Below are positions 1 to 10,770 of a DNA stretch of 27,830 nucleotides, piece after piece. Made by a program: the position numbers and the translations under genes. The stretch is from IMG/VR virus record IMGVR_UViG_3300012953_000168, positions 1 to 27,830 of that record. The stretch is one strand, 5' to 3'. Source of the DNA: a virus (lineage: Duplodnaviria; Caudoviricetes). Within the stretch, counting starts at the first letter, position 1. Each line of letters begins with the position of its first letter. Below the pieces are notes generated by a model. It saw only the letters and a list, made by a program, of their open reading frames with translations. It was not told the DNA's origin and did not search any database.

Positions 1-2
1 CA

Positions 3-3000
3 ACTCCAGAGCAAATCTACTCGTACTTATTAGGTGCATATTTTGGTGCTAATGAGACTACTGCAGGTCAAATGAGGTCTATAAAATTTACTGAAAAAGT
101 TGAAAAACAAGCTAGGGAAACTGCTAAAGAATTAAAAAGATTAGATGAAAATGGTAATCCTTTCCAATGGGATATGCAAGTTTATGATCCTAGGCTTGTT
201 AAAGGTTTTGATGATTTACCAAAAGATGTTCAAGAATCAGTTATAAGTAATATAGCTATGAGGCATGGTACATTCGGTTCTCAAGCAGTTATGGCAGGAG
301 AAACTATCGATGGTATTAAAGATGCTATAGATGTAGATATAACTTCTGAAATGGTTAGTAACTCTGTAAGAGAAGCTAAAATAAATGAAGCTGCTAAAAA
401 ATATGAGACTAAAGTTGAAGTAGAAAAAAGAGTTACACCTGAATATATGGAAGCAAATCAAGAAAAAGTATTCCTTACTTCAGGAGAATTGAATAAAGAA
501 GGTAATGTAAAAGACATTAATAAAAATGTTATAGAATTGCCTTTAAAAGATATGATGGACGATACTCTTCCTTTAAATAGAAAAAGAATTAAAGAAGCTT
601 TAGACCAGATACCAGAAGGTAAAAAAGTTGTTATACCAGAGACTATATTTGATGCACTTAAAAAGAATGCTCCTGAAACTCTTAATTATTTACAAAAAAG
701 ATTAGGCGATGTTATAACTGGTAGAGAAAAAGCTAGAGCAGAGTTAGAAAAAGATGGACGTATTGATACTCAAGCAGAAATAGATAAAGTTGAAGATTTT
801 GATATTGGAGATGCTCCAGATGTAGTTATAAGAAAGAAGGCACGTCATTTTGTTAGTAAGTATCTTCCTAAAGTTTTAGATGGATTAGATTCTGAAGCTA
901 TGGGTGTTAAAAAAGTTGAAGCAGAGAAGAAGATATATGATATACTTGAAAAACATAAGTCTTTAGATAAGTTTGATAAATTTTTAGGAGATATACAAAA
1001 AGCTTTTCCAGAACAACCAGCATTTGACAATATAGCAGAGGGTGAATTGCGACAAATGTTAATTAGAAAAGTAGAGCAAAGACCTACACCTCATTTTTCT
1101 CTTCAATTTTTTCCTAATGTAGACAATAGAACTTCATTGATGGTATTAGAAGGTGTTCAAGCTGAAAATTTAGCTGGTAATTTAAAAGCAACTGGCGATT
1201 CTATTAAAGCAATTGAATTTGCTTATGAAAATATGTACAGAAAAGCTACTGGTAAAGATGCTCCAGATAGAGCTTATATGGTCTTAGACCATGCTGTTAC
1301 TCAAAGAGGTAATAGATTAGTAGAGATACCTTTAAAAGATTTAAATAAAAAAGGGAACTTTACTGGTTGGGGTGGAAAGAATGTTAAAAATGCACAGTCT
1401 GCAGCTAATAAATTAATATCCCAAGCAATAAGACAAGCTAATGACCAAGGTTATTATTATAATGGAGGAAAAGGTGATAGTGGTAAAATGTATTTCTTTA
1501 AACATCACCCTGATGTAGTTAAAGTTAAAAAGCCAAAGACTGAAGTTGATGCTGCTTTAAAGATATTTACTGAAACTACACCAGATGCAGTAAAGCATTA
1601 CAATAAATTAAAGAATAGATTTATTAATAGAAATAAAGCAGGATTTACTAAAAAAGAAGCTGGCGATTATTTTGACAGGTCTTTTCTTTCTAATTTAATG
1701 TGGGATAAAGAACTTTATGGTTTAAAGAAGTCTAGTTATGGAAAGAATAAAGATGGTTCTGACAGAAACTTTATACATTGGATTAGAGATAATTCTACTA
1801 TTAAAGATGCTAAAGGTTTTAACAAGCGTAATCAAATATGGATGACGGACGGCTTTCAAGCTGATACAAAATACTTTACTAAAATATATCAGGAAATGGG
1901 TGGTGATAGCACTATTAAAAATGGTCAAATTAGTTACAGACTATTTAAAGAGGCTGATAATAAGAACTTAACTTCTGATGATAAGGCTATACTATATGGT
2001 GAATCTACAGATGGTTCAATACTTGCAGAGGCTACATTTGTTGATGCTTTAAATAAAACATTTGGAATGCCTGAGTCTGGACAAAATAAGTCTTTTATTG
2101 TTGGTAGTGACCCAACCCACGGCGCTATGTTAGGTAAGTTTATGTTCCATAAAGCAACTCCAGAAGCATCTGAATATATGAGGAAAGAAGGTATTCAATT
2201 TTTAATGCCTGAATCTGCTGCTAAAGAATATGGTACTAGAAAAATAGGGGAATTAAAAGTAAATGATGACCTCTCTGTAGAGTATAAAAATGGTGAAACA
2301 TATAAGATGAACTTAAGTGATATTAGGGGATCTTTATCTGAGAAACAATCAGACCATATGCTTAAACCTCAATTAATACCTAAGCAGTTAATGGCTAATT
2401 TACATGAGCATGCTTTTAAGTCTATTCCTCAAGAACAAATTAACAAGTTTTTCAAAGAGATTATTGGTGATAGATATATTGGAGAAGAGTCCTGGAATGC
2501 AAGACTGGGTCAAGCATTAAAACAAAAAGAACTTACAAGGTTTGAACAAGATGAAATCTTAGATAATATAGATAAATTAGGTTTATCGGAAACTATAGAT
2601 GCTATTAAAAGTGAAAATCATCCTCATTTTGTAGCTAGAATATATCAAAAAATATTAAGGTCTAATGTAGATAGGTTAACTCAAGATTATTCTTCTGGTG
2701 AAATATCAAGAGCAGAATATTTAGATGCAGTAGCAGAAGCTAAGACATTTACCTCTAATATAAATAGGCTTATGGAAATATATCCTGATTTAGCTGTCTT
2801 TTTACATAAAGATGTTCGTAATTATTTACAATCTTCAATGAGAAACTTTGTAGTAAATAAAGTTGTTAGACCAAAATGGGATACTTCTATATCAGTTAGA
2901 ATGAGAGGTTATGATCCCTGGCTAGCTAAAAAGTTTCCTGAATTAAATTTAAATACTTCTGGAAAAGGAGCACCTGCTAATAAAAAAATGTTAAAAGAAA

Positions 3001-6000
3001 GATATGGTGTTGAGAATCCAGACCAATTATTTTTCCTTGATGATTACTATAAGGACGTGTCCTGGGATGTAAGTAATATAATAACATCAAGTAAACCAAG
3101 AATGACTTTGGGAGAGCTTTGGACTAAGTATGGTCATCAACCTAAAGTTAAAGAATTTTTTAAAACGATCTCATTAAGAGTTCCAATGGACTCTATATCT
3201 GGTGCACATGAACTTGCTTTTGCAGGTTTTACAGGCATTAAAGGGCATGGAGCAGTGTTTCACCCTAGAACAATGAGAGCATTAGGTGGAGCAGATTTAG
3301 ATGGTGATAAAGCTTTTGTTTTATTTGGGCTTGATAAAGCTCATAGGAAAATGTATCATGATAATAAGTATGAGTATAGAGACCCTAAATCAAAGATTAT
3401 CAAAGATAATAAAGCGGCTGAAATATCAAAAGAAGGTTTAAAAATATTAAAGTCTTCTTTAGACCCAAAAAATGCTCATGACGCTGCAGTTTTAGCTAAA
3501 ATAAAGCAAGGTAAGGTAACTTATCAAGATTTATTAACTACTACAAATGATGGTGATGCTAAAGCATTAGAATTAAAAAAATCTATTGTTGGTAAATATA
3601 CTCCTCAATCTAGAATGGATATAGCTAGCGATGCTTCTACTGGAAGAGACCAATTAGGTCCTGCAGTTGTTCAAAAGCAAGTTTTAAATTCTACTTATGA
3701 TGCTTTATTAAAGAATAATATTCAGAGATTTATTAATAAAAAAGGTAATATAATTACAACTGAAGATTATGAGGCTTTATCAGAAGCTAAAAGAAAAGGT
3801 TGGAAAGCTGATTATAGGGAAGCTATTAATTTTTCTCCAAGAGGTGAAAAGAAAGCTTATACTATTTATATAGAACCTAGAGTTACAGAAGCTGAACTTG
3901 CATATTCTAGAGAATTATCAAGAGCTCAAATAGGATTTGGTTCTGACCCACTTGATGAAGTTGGATTAACGGGTGCTGATCATTACTTTAATACAGGATG
4001 GCATTCATTATTTAAAGTAGATTGGAATAACACTCCTAAAAATGTACAAGAAAAATTTGTTCCTCATTTTCATGCAAGAAAAGGAATGTATAAAATATTT
4101 GCAGATTTTAATAAAGCTTATTTTAGTAAAAATTGGGACCAAGGAAGACGATTTTATGCTCATGAAGTATTTGACATGTCTCAAGGCATACATAGATTAA
4201 ATGAAGCACAAAGAGGCACTATGCTGCCTAAAATGGTTGAAATACTAGAACCTTTAGATTATACTGATGATATAATTAGAAGAGTTAATCCTGAAACATT
4301 AGCAGCTAGGTATGACGATTTTAATTCTAATTTAGCATTAGAGTTAAAAGGTATTAATGATGGATATAATAAACCAGGAGGGCTATTAGGCAGAGAAAGC
4401 TTTAAATCTGTCGATAATCCTATCATTTACAAAGTTATTGGTGAAAGCCTATACTTACCCAAGGTTAGAGCAGAAGTTGCTAAAAACCCTAATTTATACA
4501 AAGAATTGTTTAAAGACTTACCAGGACAATGGAAAGATAAAAAGTTCCTAGAAAAATCATTTCCATGGGAACATTCTAGTAAATATAAGAGTGTTGAAGA
4601 TTTAGCACAGGCTATAGCAGATTCAGAGGCTTATAGATTTAGAGCTGTTGACAGATTATATAGACAAGGTACTGAATTTGCTCAAAATGATGCTATGGAT
4701 AGGACTTCTGCTATACAGTTGTTAAGAGCAATAAAAACTGCTAGAGAAACAGGTGTATCAGATGAATTTATAAATAATATGGCTAATTTTGTTAACCATA
4801 CTAAGCAAATAGAAAGAGCTCAAAAATTAAAAGCTGCTGAACGTTCTATTGTAGACCAAGAAGAAGTTGTTATGTTAGATGATAAAGGTAAGTATTATCT
4901 TAAAACATTATTTGAGGTAGATCCTGAATTAAAAACTTTTGCTTTGCAAGAGAAAATAGATACAAGAATTAGAGGGTTTAAATTAAATAATGCTTGGAAA
5001 AAGAAGCAGGGTGGTGAAGGAACCTTAACAAAAGAAGAGTCTTATTTATTTGATACTATGATGCTTTCTTCATATTATAAAGGCCCAGATTTAACAAAGT
5101 TAGCAGCTTATAAGAAACTTCCTAATGACGTTAGACAGTTAGTTGCACCTTTAATAAAAGAAATTAGGTTAGGGGGATCGGGTACATACTTTAACAAGAC
5201 AGGTTTATCAAGTAAATATGTTAATGATGGTGCTATTAGGGACTTTTTTAAACAATATTCAGAAGAATTTAATTATGCATCTAAGCCTTTAAAGGAATCT
5301 AAAACTGATGCAGATATGGAAATTAAAGGAGAGTTAAAAGAAATTGCTCCTCAAGACCCTATGGAAAATGATTTGCAAGGTGTAATGAGTATTAGAGATA
5401 GGGCTAAAAAAGCAGGTCCATTTAAACTAACTGATGCTGAGCGTAAAATGGTTGATGAGTTAATAGGGCATATTAAGCATTATCATAATAGTGTGGGTTC
5501 TATAGATAATTTAAATCTTATTGCTAGAGGATTAAGGCAGAAAAACTTTGATGCTTTTACGGTTGATGACTTTAGAGTAATGAATAATTTCTTTAGAGAA
5601 ATGCGTACAGGAAGTGTATTTATAAAGCCAGGAAAGTTGACTGCAGATGGAATAGTTAAATTATCACAAAGACATTGGATGTTGTTTCCTAGAGCAGTAT
5701 CTAAAGAAATGATGGTAAAAGATTTTACTATATTTGAACAACAAGGTAGATTTCAAAACTTTAAAGGTGAATGGGTTGGTGGAACACAAGGAGTTCCTAC
5801 TCATACTATAGAAAATATTCAATATGTATTAGGTAGAACAGAAGCATTAGCAGTTAAAATGGATCAGGATGAGAAGATTACTTTAGAAACTGCTTTAAGA
5901 GACAAAACAGGCTATGAATCTGTTCAAGATGGACTTGGGTATCACTTTGCAGAAATAGTGTCTGCAGAGCGTGCTTTAAGGGCTTTTAAGGGCAAAAGAA

Positions 6001-8438
6001 AGTCAATGAGTGACGCAGAATACCATACAAAGAAAGCTGAATACGAATCGTCCCTTAAAGAAGCAAGAGATTTAGCAAATTGGGCTGAAAATGAAAAGAA
6101 AGTATTTAACGTTAGTAGACCAGGTGGTTCATTTAAAAAAACAGGCAGAGAAATTGCTAATGATATTAATAACGTATTAACAGAAAGAGCTATTGAAACA
6201 TTTAAATGGATTAGAGGTGGCCATTATATGTTTGATACTAAAAGCCAATCTTATATTAGGAACACTCAAATTCAAGACCCTATTGAACAGTTTATATTAA
6301 AAGACAAAAAGGGGAAAAATCAGTATTGGGCTAATAATACTTCAATACCTAGAATTGATGCTCCTAAGTTCACTAGATACTTAATGAAGATATTAAAAAG
6401 TGGTGAGCCTATGAAAATGGATTTAGGGCTTGATAATTTAAGAAAAATATCTCGTTCTATTATGCTAGACAGATTAATGAGTGAAAGAGGACTTGTAACT
6501 GATAAAGCATCTATTGAATTATATGATAGCATGATATTAAGTCTTCAAAATCAAAAACTAGATTTAACTAATTATTATAAACCTAATGATTATCATCCTC
6601 AATTTGTTCATAATAAAGCCGTCGCTAAGGCTGCTATTGAAAAAGCTATAGATAAAATTAAAGGACAATCTGGTAAAGGTCCTGATTGGCAAAAGAATGA
6701 AATTAAAAAGCTTATGGGGCAATATAAGTCTATGACTGGCGATTGGATTATATCTGATATAACACAAGATACAATAGAAATGGGTGCTTTGAGAGAAATT
6801 GCCGAAAAAAGAAAAGGTGAGCATCTTCAACATTTAGAAAAAAATCCTATTGCTCCTAATATGATGTCACGATCTAGCGATCTACCTGGGTGGTCTAGAG
6901 ATATTGGTTCATGGGATATATATCAAAAGAATTTGATTGACACTTATTTTAGACAAGTAGGACAGATAATGTCTAAAAAAATGCTACAAGATTTTAGTGA
7001 AAGAGTTTCACAAGACTGGAAAGACCCAGGCCAAGTACATGCTTGGAAGAATTATATTCAAGATTATATATCTAGAGCATTAGGTTTTCCTTCTAAATTA
7101 CCTGAAGCTTGGATGGATGGTCCAGAAGCTAGTTTAATGAATGTTAAAGGGACTCCTTATTCTTGGTATGCAGACAATCATGTTAAAAATAGATTAAATA
7201 AAATAAGAAAATCTTTAGGTTTTAAAGAAGATTTAAGACTACCTGAAGAATTGAGAGGTTTAGATGAAATGGATGTTAGGCACTGGTCTAATCTCGAGGC
7301 TAAATATGAAATGGCTACTCTTCTTGCTCACCCTAAGTCCGCTGCAGCAAACATTTTTGGTGGTACTCTTCATACAATTCAGTCATCAGGTTGGCGTAAC
7401 TGGCGTAATGGACGAAGTGTTGAGTACTTTAGGACTCATGTCGGTGGCGATGCTGGTAAGTGGAAGTCGAAGGAAGATATTGATAAGTGGGTCATCGGGC
7501 ATGGTGTAGTTCCAGATTTCATATTATATGAAGCAGGATTAAATCCAAGTTTTAAATCTGCTAAATGGAAGCATTTTTTAAACGATGCTAAAAAAGTTTT
7601 AGAGAAAGACCCTGGTGCAAAAGATGAAACGTTAATTAGTATAGCTAAAAAACATAAGATTACAGAATCTGCTTTTCAAAAAGCAGCATGGTTCATGCGA
7701 GAACCTGAGAGAATGTTAAGAAGAGATTCATTTGCAGCTCATTATTTACAAGCTAGAGAGTTATATGGACATGCAAATATGCCATTAGATCACCCATTAT
7801 TAATAGAAATGGCTAAAAAGGGTGTTCAAGCTACACAATTCTTATATTCTGCTCCATATAGACCAGCTTTTTCTACTACAGCATTAGGTAAAGTTATGAC
7901 AAGATTCCAAACTTGGGCTTGGAACTCTGTTAGATTTAGAAATGATGCTTATAGACAAGCAAAAATGTTAGGATTTAGGAGAGGTACTCCTGAATTTGAG
8001 AAGTTTAAAAGGCAATATCTCACCGACATGTTCGTTTTCGGACTTGGGAATGTGTTCGCATACTCATTATTTGAAAGTGCAATGCCTGCCCCATGGAACT
8101 GGTTCCAGGACACAGCCGACTGGATCTTTGGTGATGAAAAAGAACGAGATAGGGCCTTTTTTGGTCAGTGGCCAACCGCTTTAGCTCCGCTCCAAATGGT
8201 TACTCCGCCAGGGTTGCGGTTGGTCCCTGCCACTTTTAGTGGTCTGGTGAACAATGATTTTAGCAGGATTTCTGAATATTATATGTGGACAATGTTTCCT
8301 TTTGGCCGTATGGCTAGAGACGTTAAGGGTGTCCTAGAGAATCCTATGAGAACTATAGAAAAAACAACTGGTATTCCTTATCAACAATTAGCTAGAGAGG
8401 TTACTAAATACAGGGTAGAAGACGATGTTGAAGAGTAG
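3..8438 (+). CDS. Giant virion protein with two-barrel (double-psi beta-barrel) RNA polymerase domain; 5'-truncated
   Basis: Frame is open from nt 3 (TPEQIYSYLLG...), so the gene starts upstream of the window. LRVP...TMRALGGADLDGDKAFV carries the DxDGD metal motif (nt 3294-3308). Upstream ESTDGS, GKFMFHK and PESAAK fit the second barrel. Helical C-terminus (QATQFLY...RP...FQTWAW) resembles large ejection proteins. Confidence 0.85.
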   Translation, partial: TPEQIYSYLLGAYFGANETTAGQMRSIKFTEKVEKQARETAKELKRLDENGNPFQWDMQVYDPRLVKGFDDLPKDVQESVISNIAMRHGTFGSQAVMAGETIDGIKDAIDVDITSEMVSNSVREAKINEAAKKYETKVEVEKRVTPEYMEANQEKVFLTSGELNKEGNVKDINKNVIELPLKDMMDDTLPLNRKRIKEALDQIPEGKKVVIPETIFDALKKNAPETLNYLQKRLGDVITGREKARAELEKDGRIDTQAEIDKVEDFDIGDAPDVVIRKKARHFVSKYLPKVLDGLDSEAMGVKKVEAEKKIYDILEKHKSLDKFDKFLGDIQKAFPEQPAFDNIAEGELRQMLIRKVEQRPTPHFSLQFFPNVDNRTSLMVLEGVQAENLAGNLKATGDSIKAIEFAYENMYRKATGKDAPDRAYMVLDHAVTQRGNRLVEIPLKDLNKKGNFTGWGGKNVKNAQSAANKLISQAIRQANDQGYYYNGGKGDSGKMYFFKHHPDVVKVKKPKTEVDAALKIFTETTPDAVKHYNKLKNRFINRNKAGFTKKEAGDYFDRSFLSNLMWDKELYGLKKSSYGKNKDGSDRNFIHWIRDNSTIKDAKGFNKRNQIWMTDGFQADTKYFTKIYQEMGGDSTIKNGQISYRLFKEADNKNLTSDDKAILYGESTDGSILAEATFVDALNKTFGMPESGQNKSFIVGSDPTHGAMLGKFMFHKATPEASEYMRKEGIQFLMPESAAKEYGTRKIGELKVNDDLSVEYKNGETYKMNLSDIRGSLSEKQSDHMLKPQLIPKQLMANLHEHAFKSIPQEQINKFFKEIIGDRYIGEESWNARLGQALKQKELTRFEQDEILDNIDKLGLSETIDAIKSENHPHFVARIYQKILRSNVDRLTQDYSSGEISRAEYLDAVAEAKTFTSNINRLMEIYPDLAVFLHKDVRNYLQSSMRNFVVNKVVRPKWDTSISVRMRGYDPWLAKKFPELNLNTSGKGAPANKKMLKERYGVENPDQLFFLDDYYKDVSWDVSNIITSSKPRMTLGELWTKYGHQPKVKEFFKTISLRVPMDSISGAHELAFAGFTGIKGHGAVFHPRTMRALGGADLDGDKAFVLFGLDKAHRKMYHDNKYEYRDPKSKIIKDNKAAEISKEGLKILKSSLDPKNAHDAAVLAKIKQGKVTYQDLLTTTNDGDAKALELKKSIVGKYTPQSRMDIASDASTGRDQLGPAVVQKQVLNSTYDALLKNNIQRFINKKGNIITTEDYEALSEAKRKGWKADYREAINFSPRGEKKAYTIYIEPRVTEAELAYSRELSRAQIGFGSDPLDEVGLTGADHYFNTGWHSLFKVDWNNTPKNVQEKFVPHFHARKGMYKIFADFNKAYFSKNWDQGRRFYAHEVFDMSQGIHRLNEAQRGTMLPKMVEILEPLDYTDDIIRRVNPETLAARYDDFNSNLALELKGINDGYNKPGGLLGRESFKSVDNPIIYKVIGESLYLPKVRAEVAKNPNLYKELFKDLPGQWKDKKFLEKSFPWEHSSKYKSVEDLAQAIADSEAYRFRAVDRLYRQGTEFAQNDAMDRTSAIQLLRAIKTARETGVSDEFINNMANFVNHTKQIERAQKLKAAERSIVDQEEVVMLDDKGKYYLKTLFEVDPELKTFALQEKIDTRIRGFKLNNAWKKKQGGEGTLTKEESYLFDTMMLSSYYKGPDLTKLAAYKKLPNDVRQLVAPLIKEIRLGGSGTYFNKTGLSSKYVNDGAIRDFFKQYSEEFNYASKPLKESKTDADMEIKGELKEIAPQDPMENDLQGVMSIRDRAKKAGPFKLTDAERKMVDELIGHIKHYHNSVGSIDNLNLIARGLRQKNFDAFTVDDFRVMNNFFREMRTGSVFIKPGKLTADGIVKLSQRHWMLFPRAVSKEMMVKDFTIFEQQGRFQNFKGEWVGGTQGVPTHTIENIQYVLGRTEALAVKMDQDEKITLETALRDKTGYESVQDGLGYHFAEIVSAERALRAFKGKRKSMSDAEYHTKKAEYESSLKEARDLANWAENEKKVFNVSRPGGSFKKTGREIANDINNVLTERAIETFKWIRGGHYMFDTKSQSYIRNTQIQDPIEQFILKDKKGKNQYWANNTSIPRIDAPKFTRYLMKILKSGEPMKMDLGLDNLRKISRSIMLDRLMSERGLVTDKASIELYDSMILSLQNQKLDLTNYYKPNDYHPQFVHNKAVAKAAIEKAIDKIKGQSGKGPDWQKNEIKKLMGQYKSMTGDWIISDITQDTIEMGALREIAEKRKGEHLQHLEKNPIAPNMMSRSSDLPGWSRDIGSWDIYQKNLIDTYFRQVGQIMSKKMLQDFSERVSQDWKDPGQVHAWKNYIQDYISRALGFPSKLPEAWMDGPEASLMNVKGTPYSWYADNHVKNRLNKIRKSLGFKEDLRLPEELRGLDEMDVRHWSNLEAKYEMATLLAHPKSAAANIFGGTLHTIQSSGWRNWRNGRSVEYFRTHVGGDAGKWKSKEDIDKWVIGHGVVPDFILYEAGLNPSFKSAKWKHFLNDAKKVLEKDPGAKDETLISIAKKHKITESAFQKAAWFMREPERMLRRDSFAAHYLQARELYGHANMPLDHPLLIEMAKKGVQATQFLYSAPYRPAFSTTALGKVMTRFQTWAWNSVRFRNDAYRQAKMLGFRRGTPEFEKFKRQYLTDMFVFGLGNVFAYSLFESAMPAPWNWFQDTADWIFGDEKERDRAFFGQWPTALAPLQMVTPPGLRLVPATFSGLVNNDFSRISEYYMWTMFPFGRMARDVKGVLENPMRTIEKTTGIPYQQLAREVTKYRVEDDVEE

Positions 8439-9798
8439 TTTAAGTATTGCACAAGCAGCAGCTAAGTTTTTAGGTCGTCAAGGTTTAAAAGCAGGTGCAT
8501 CTACACCTTCTTATTTACCCTCTTTGTATAATCCTGCGACGGGAATGCCTCAAGTAGAAACATTTTTAATTGGTGCTGCCAAAGCATTTAAAACTTTAAC
8601 AAATCAAACGTTTAATCCTTTTTCTATGAGAAGCGCAGAGGCTTTTAAAAATACAGGTTTAGCATTAAATCAACAGCAAGTATTAAGAAGCAATCCTGAT
8701 CTAATTGCTAAAATATTAAAAGACCCTAAAAATTGGCGTTCTGGTGAAGTTGGAAAATCATTTACAATTCCTTCTAGGCAATTAAAAAATGGTAGATGGA
8801 CAAAACCTAGAAAGGTTAAATTAACCGATGAAGCTCAATCTGCTGTAACTCCATTAGTTAAAGACTTACATGCTACACCTTATTTTGCACAAGCTAATAT
8901 AAATAGAACTGGGGTAACTCCTAAGAATACAATTGTAAGTGATATATTTAATAAAATTTATGGTAAAAACATTAGTAAAACGTCTGCTGCTAAGCTTACT
9001 GGAAACAAAGCTGTATTAGATGATATAATAAGATTTGAAGGATTAGACCCAAAAACATTAAAGATTATGGAATTAAATAAAGGTTCTTTAAATAATTTAC
9101 ATAGAGATGTACAATTCTCTAAACAATTTAGACAGATGGCTGGTATAACTTTTAATAGAAAGTTTAAGAATAAAGATGACTTAATGGGTTATCTTGTAAG
9201 TAACGGCTTTAATCCAGGTCAGGTTAAAAAAGTAGGAAATTATGTTATGGTTAATTATAGTCCTCAATTTAAATCTAACTTTTATACAGGGGGAATAAAT
9301 GCAAGAGTGCTGCTTAAACCCTCTGAACCAGGCAAGGCTTATTTAATACCTAACGATGTTTATGATATATATGGCAGGGGTTTTGATAAATTAATTGCTA
9401 AAGGATTAGGCTTTAAAAATCAAAACTTAAATGTTATGGGTATGAAAAAAATAGATATACCAGACCCAAGTAACTGGAATAAATCTTTTGTTGAGGTAAA
9501 TAAAAAAATAGCTGCCAAAACTAAGCGTGACGCTAAAAAATATAAAAAACAAACAGATTCTATTAAGACTATGAAAAAAAAATATAAGAATACTGAAGCC
9601 CCTACTGACAATGAACTTGTCTATAGGAACACCCAATTAACTAAAAAGCAATTAGAAGGTAATAAAGAAATTGTTGATGTATTAGATAATACACCGATCA
9701 CTGCTGGTAGAGTTGCTAAATGGGGAGTCGCTACAGGAGGTGTAGGTGGAGGTCTTTTTGCAACAGGAGCATCACTATTAGGAGACGATGATGAGTAA
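8425..9798 (+). CDS. Hypothetical basic protein, possibly an internal virion/ejection protein
   Basis: 457-aa ORF overlapping the giant gene's stop; Lys-rich; Gly-rich hydrophobic C-terminus WGVATGGVGGGLFATGASLLG. Confidence 0.7.
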   Translation: MLKSSLSIAQAAAKFLGRQGLKAGASTPSYLPSLYNPATGMPQVETFLIGAAKAFKTLTNQTFNPFSMRSAEAFKNTGLALNQQQVLRSNPDLIAKILKDPKNWRSGEVGKSFTIPSRQLKNGRWTKPRKVKLTDEAQSAVTPLVKDLHATPYFAQANINRTGVTPKNTIVSDIFNKIYGKNISKTSAAKLTGNKAVLDDIIRFEGLDPKTLKIMELNKGSLNNLHRDVQFSKQFRQMAGITFNRKFKNKDDLMGYLVSNGFNPGQVKKVGNYVMVNYSPQFKSNFYTGGINARVLLKPSEPGKAYLIPNDVYDIYGRGFDKLIAKGLGFKNQNLNVMGMKKIDIPDPSNWNKSFVEVNKKIAAKTKRDAKKYKKQTDSIKTMKKKYKNTEAPTDNELVYRNTQLTKKQLEGNKEIVDVLDNTPITAGRVAKWGVATGGVGGGLFATGASLLGDDDE

Positions 9799-9988
9799 CA
9801 TTAAAAAACCAGGTTTTAGAGCACGTTTAAAAGCTTTAGAAACTATTGCTGGTATGAAATTAGCTGAAGGAGCAAGAATTGAAACAATTGAAAAAGCAAT
9901 CCAAGAGTTGTATGATAAGTATGAAGTTATCGAAAAAGAACTTATTGAGCCTTTACAAAGGCTACAACGTGAGTCTAAGTCAGACTAA
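9788..9988 (+). CDS. Small helical/coiled-coil hypothetical protein (start may be 9791)
   Basis: SD AGGAG upstream; overlaps previous gene; last gene before the convergent terminator. Confidence 0.7.
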   Translation: MMSNIKKPGFRARLKALETIAGMKLAEGARIETIEKAIQELYDKYEVIEKELIEPLQRLQRESKSD

Positions 9989-10001
9989 ATTTAATTTTTA
10001 T

Positions 10002-10053
10002 TATTAGTATATAGGGGAGATAACTAAATCCCCCCTTTATATACATACTAATA
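10002..10053. terminator. Probable bidirectional terminator between convergent late and early blocks
   Basis: Imperfect inverted repeat TATTAGTAT-ATAGGGGA ... TCCCCCTTTATATAC-ATACTAATA in the gap between convergent ORFs. Confidence 0.6.
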
Positions 10054-10067
10054 GCTCAGGTCTCTAC

Positions 10068-10358
10068 TTATTCTGAGTTCAGCTGACTTTCGGGGCTATT
10101 ATCCCCACTATTAGGCTTGGTTGCCTGAGCATTTTTAATAATAACCATAACTGAACCGAACTTCATATGTATTTCATCTTGATTGATGAAGACATCTTTC
10201 ATGTCTGTTCCTTTGGGAATGTCAATATTCATATCCTGACACTTCTCTAATATACGGTTACCTACTATAAATCTCCAAGCAATTTCGCTTACATCTTGGA
10301 AGCCTTTAACTCTATCTTCAATATAGCTTACAGCTTCCTCTGTAGGTGTTTTACTCAT
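10068..10358 (-). CDS. Hypothetical protein
   Basis: 96-aa ORF with SD GAGGAG, overlapping the upstream gene. Confidence 0.75.
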   Translation of the reverse strand: MSKTPTEEAVSYIEDRVKGFQDVSEIAWRFIVGNRILEKCQDMNIDIPKGTDMKDVFINQDEIHMKFGSVMVIIKNAQATKPNSGDNSPESQLNSE

Positions 10359-10770
10359 TTTTCTCCTCGAACTTTCGTTTAGGTTCTGGTTTCCATTCGT
10401 CTTTGAACTTCTTAGCCATATGCGCTTCAGCGCTAACAGCTATATCTATATCAGGTTCAATTCCAAACTCATCTTCATTCACCATTCCCCATAAAAGACA
10501 TAGATATACAATAACGTCAGTTATTCTACCTCTTACATCTTCTCTTTGAGAATGATGACCATTAATGTAGGACGCTATGCCATCAATGTGCTTAGCTAAA
10601 TATACCCACAAAACATGTTGTCTGTCAATTTTTAATTGTTCACTAATTCTTTCAAAATTAGCAAAGACATTATCCTTGTCTTGAGCATACTCTTTTTGTC
10701 CTTCATCTCTAGTTGTGACAATTTCTTTCCAGATCTTATCCATAAGTTCATTATGTTGAGAAAGTTTCAT
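10351..10770 (-). CDS. DUF1599-like (nucleotide-modification-associated, all-helical) phage protein
   Basis: Pattern EY...D...NFE...LAKHID.I...E...GRI.D.IVY..L resembles this phage family; ATGA overlap with the upstream gene. Confidence 0.55.
   Translation of the reverse strand: MKLSQHNELMDKIWKEIVTTRDEGQKEYAQDKDNVFANFERISEQLKIDRQHVLWVYLAKHIDGIASYINGHHSQREDVRGRITDVIVYLCLLWGMVNEDEFGIEPDIDIAVSAEAHMAKKFKDEWKPEPKRKFEEKNE

Noticed and set aside
7392-7411. Tandem TGGCGTAAC/TGGCGTAAT repeat
   Set aside because: Two copies encoding WRNWRN; no array. No CRISPR array was seen anywhere in the window
237-8184. Short antisense/alternative-frame ORFs inside the giant gene, and similar shadows inside primase, ATPase, JAB, E2, endolysin, terL and portal
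   Set aside because: Nested in well-supported genes, with shadow-like composition and no motifs
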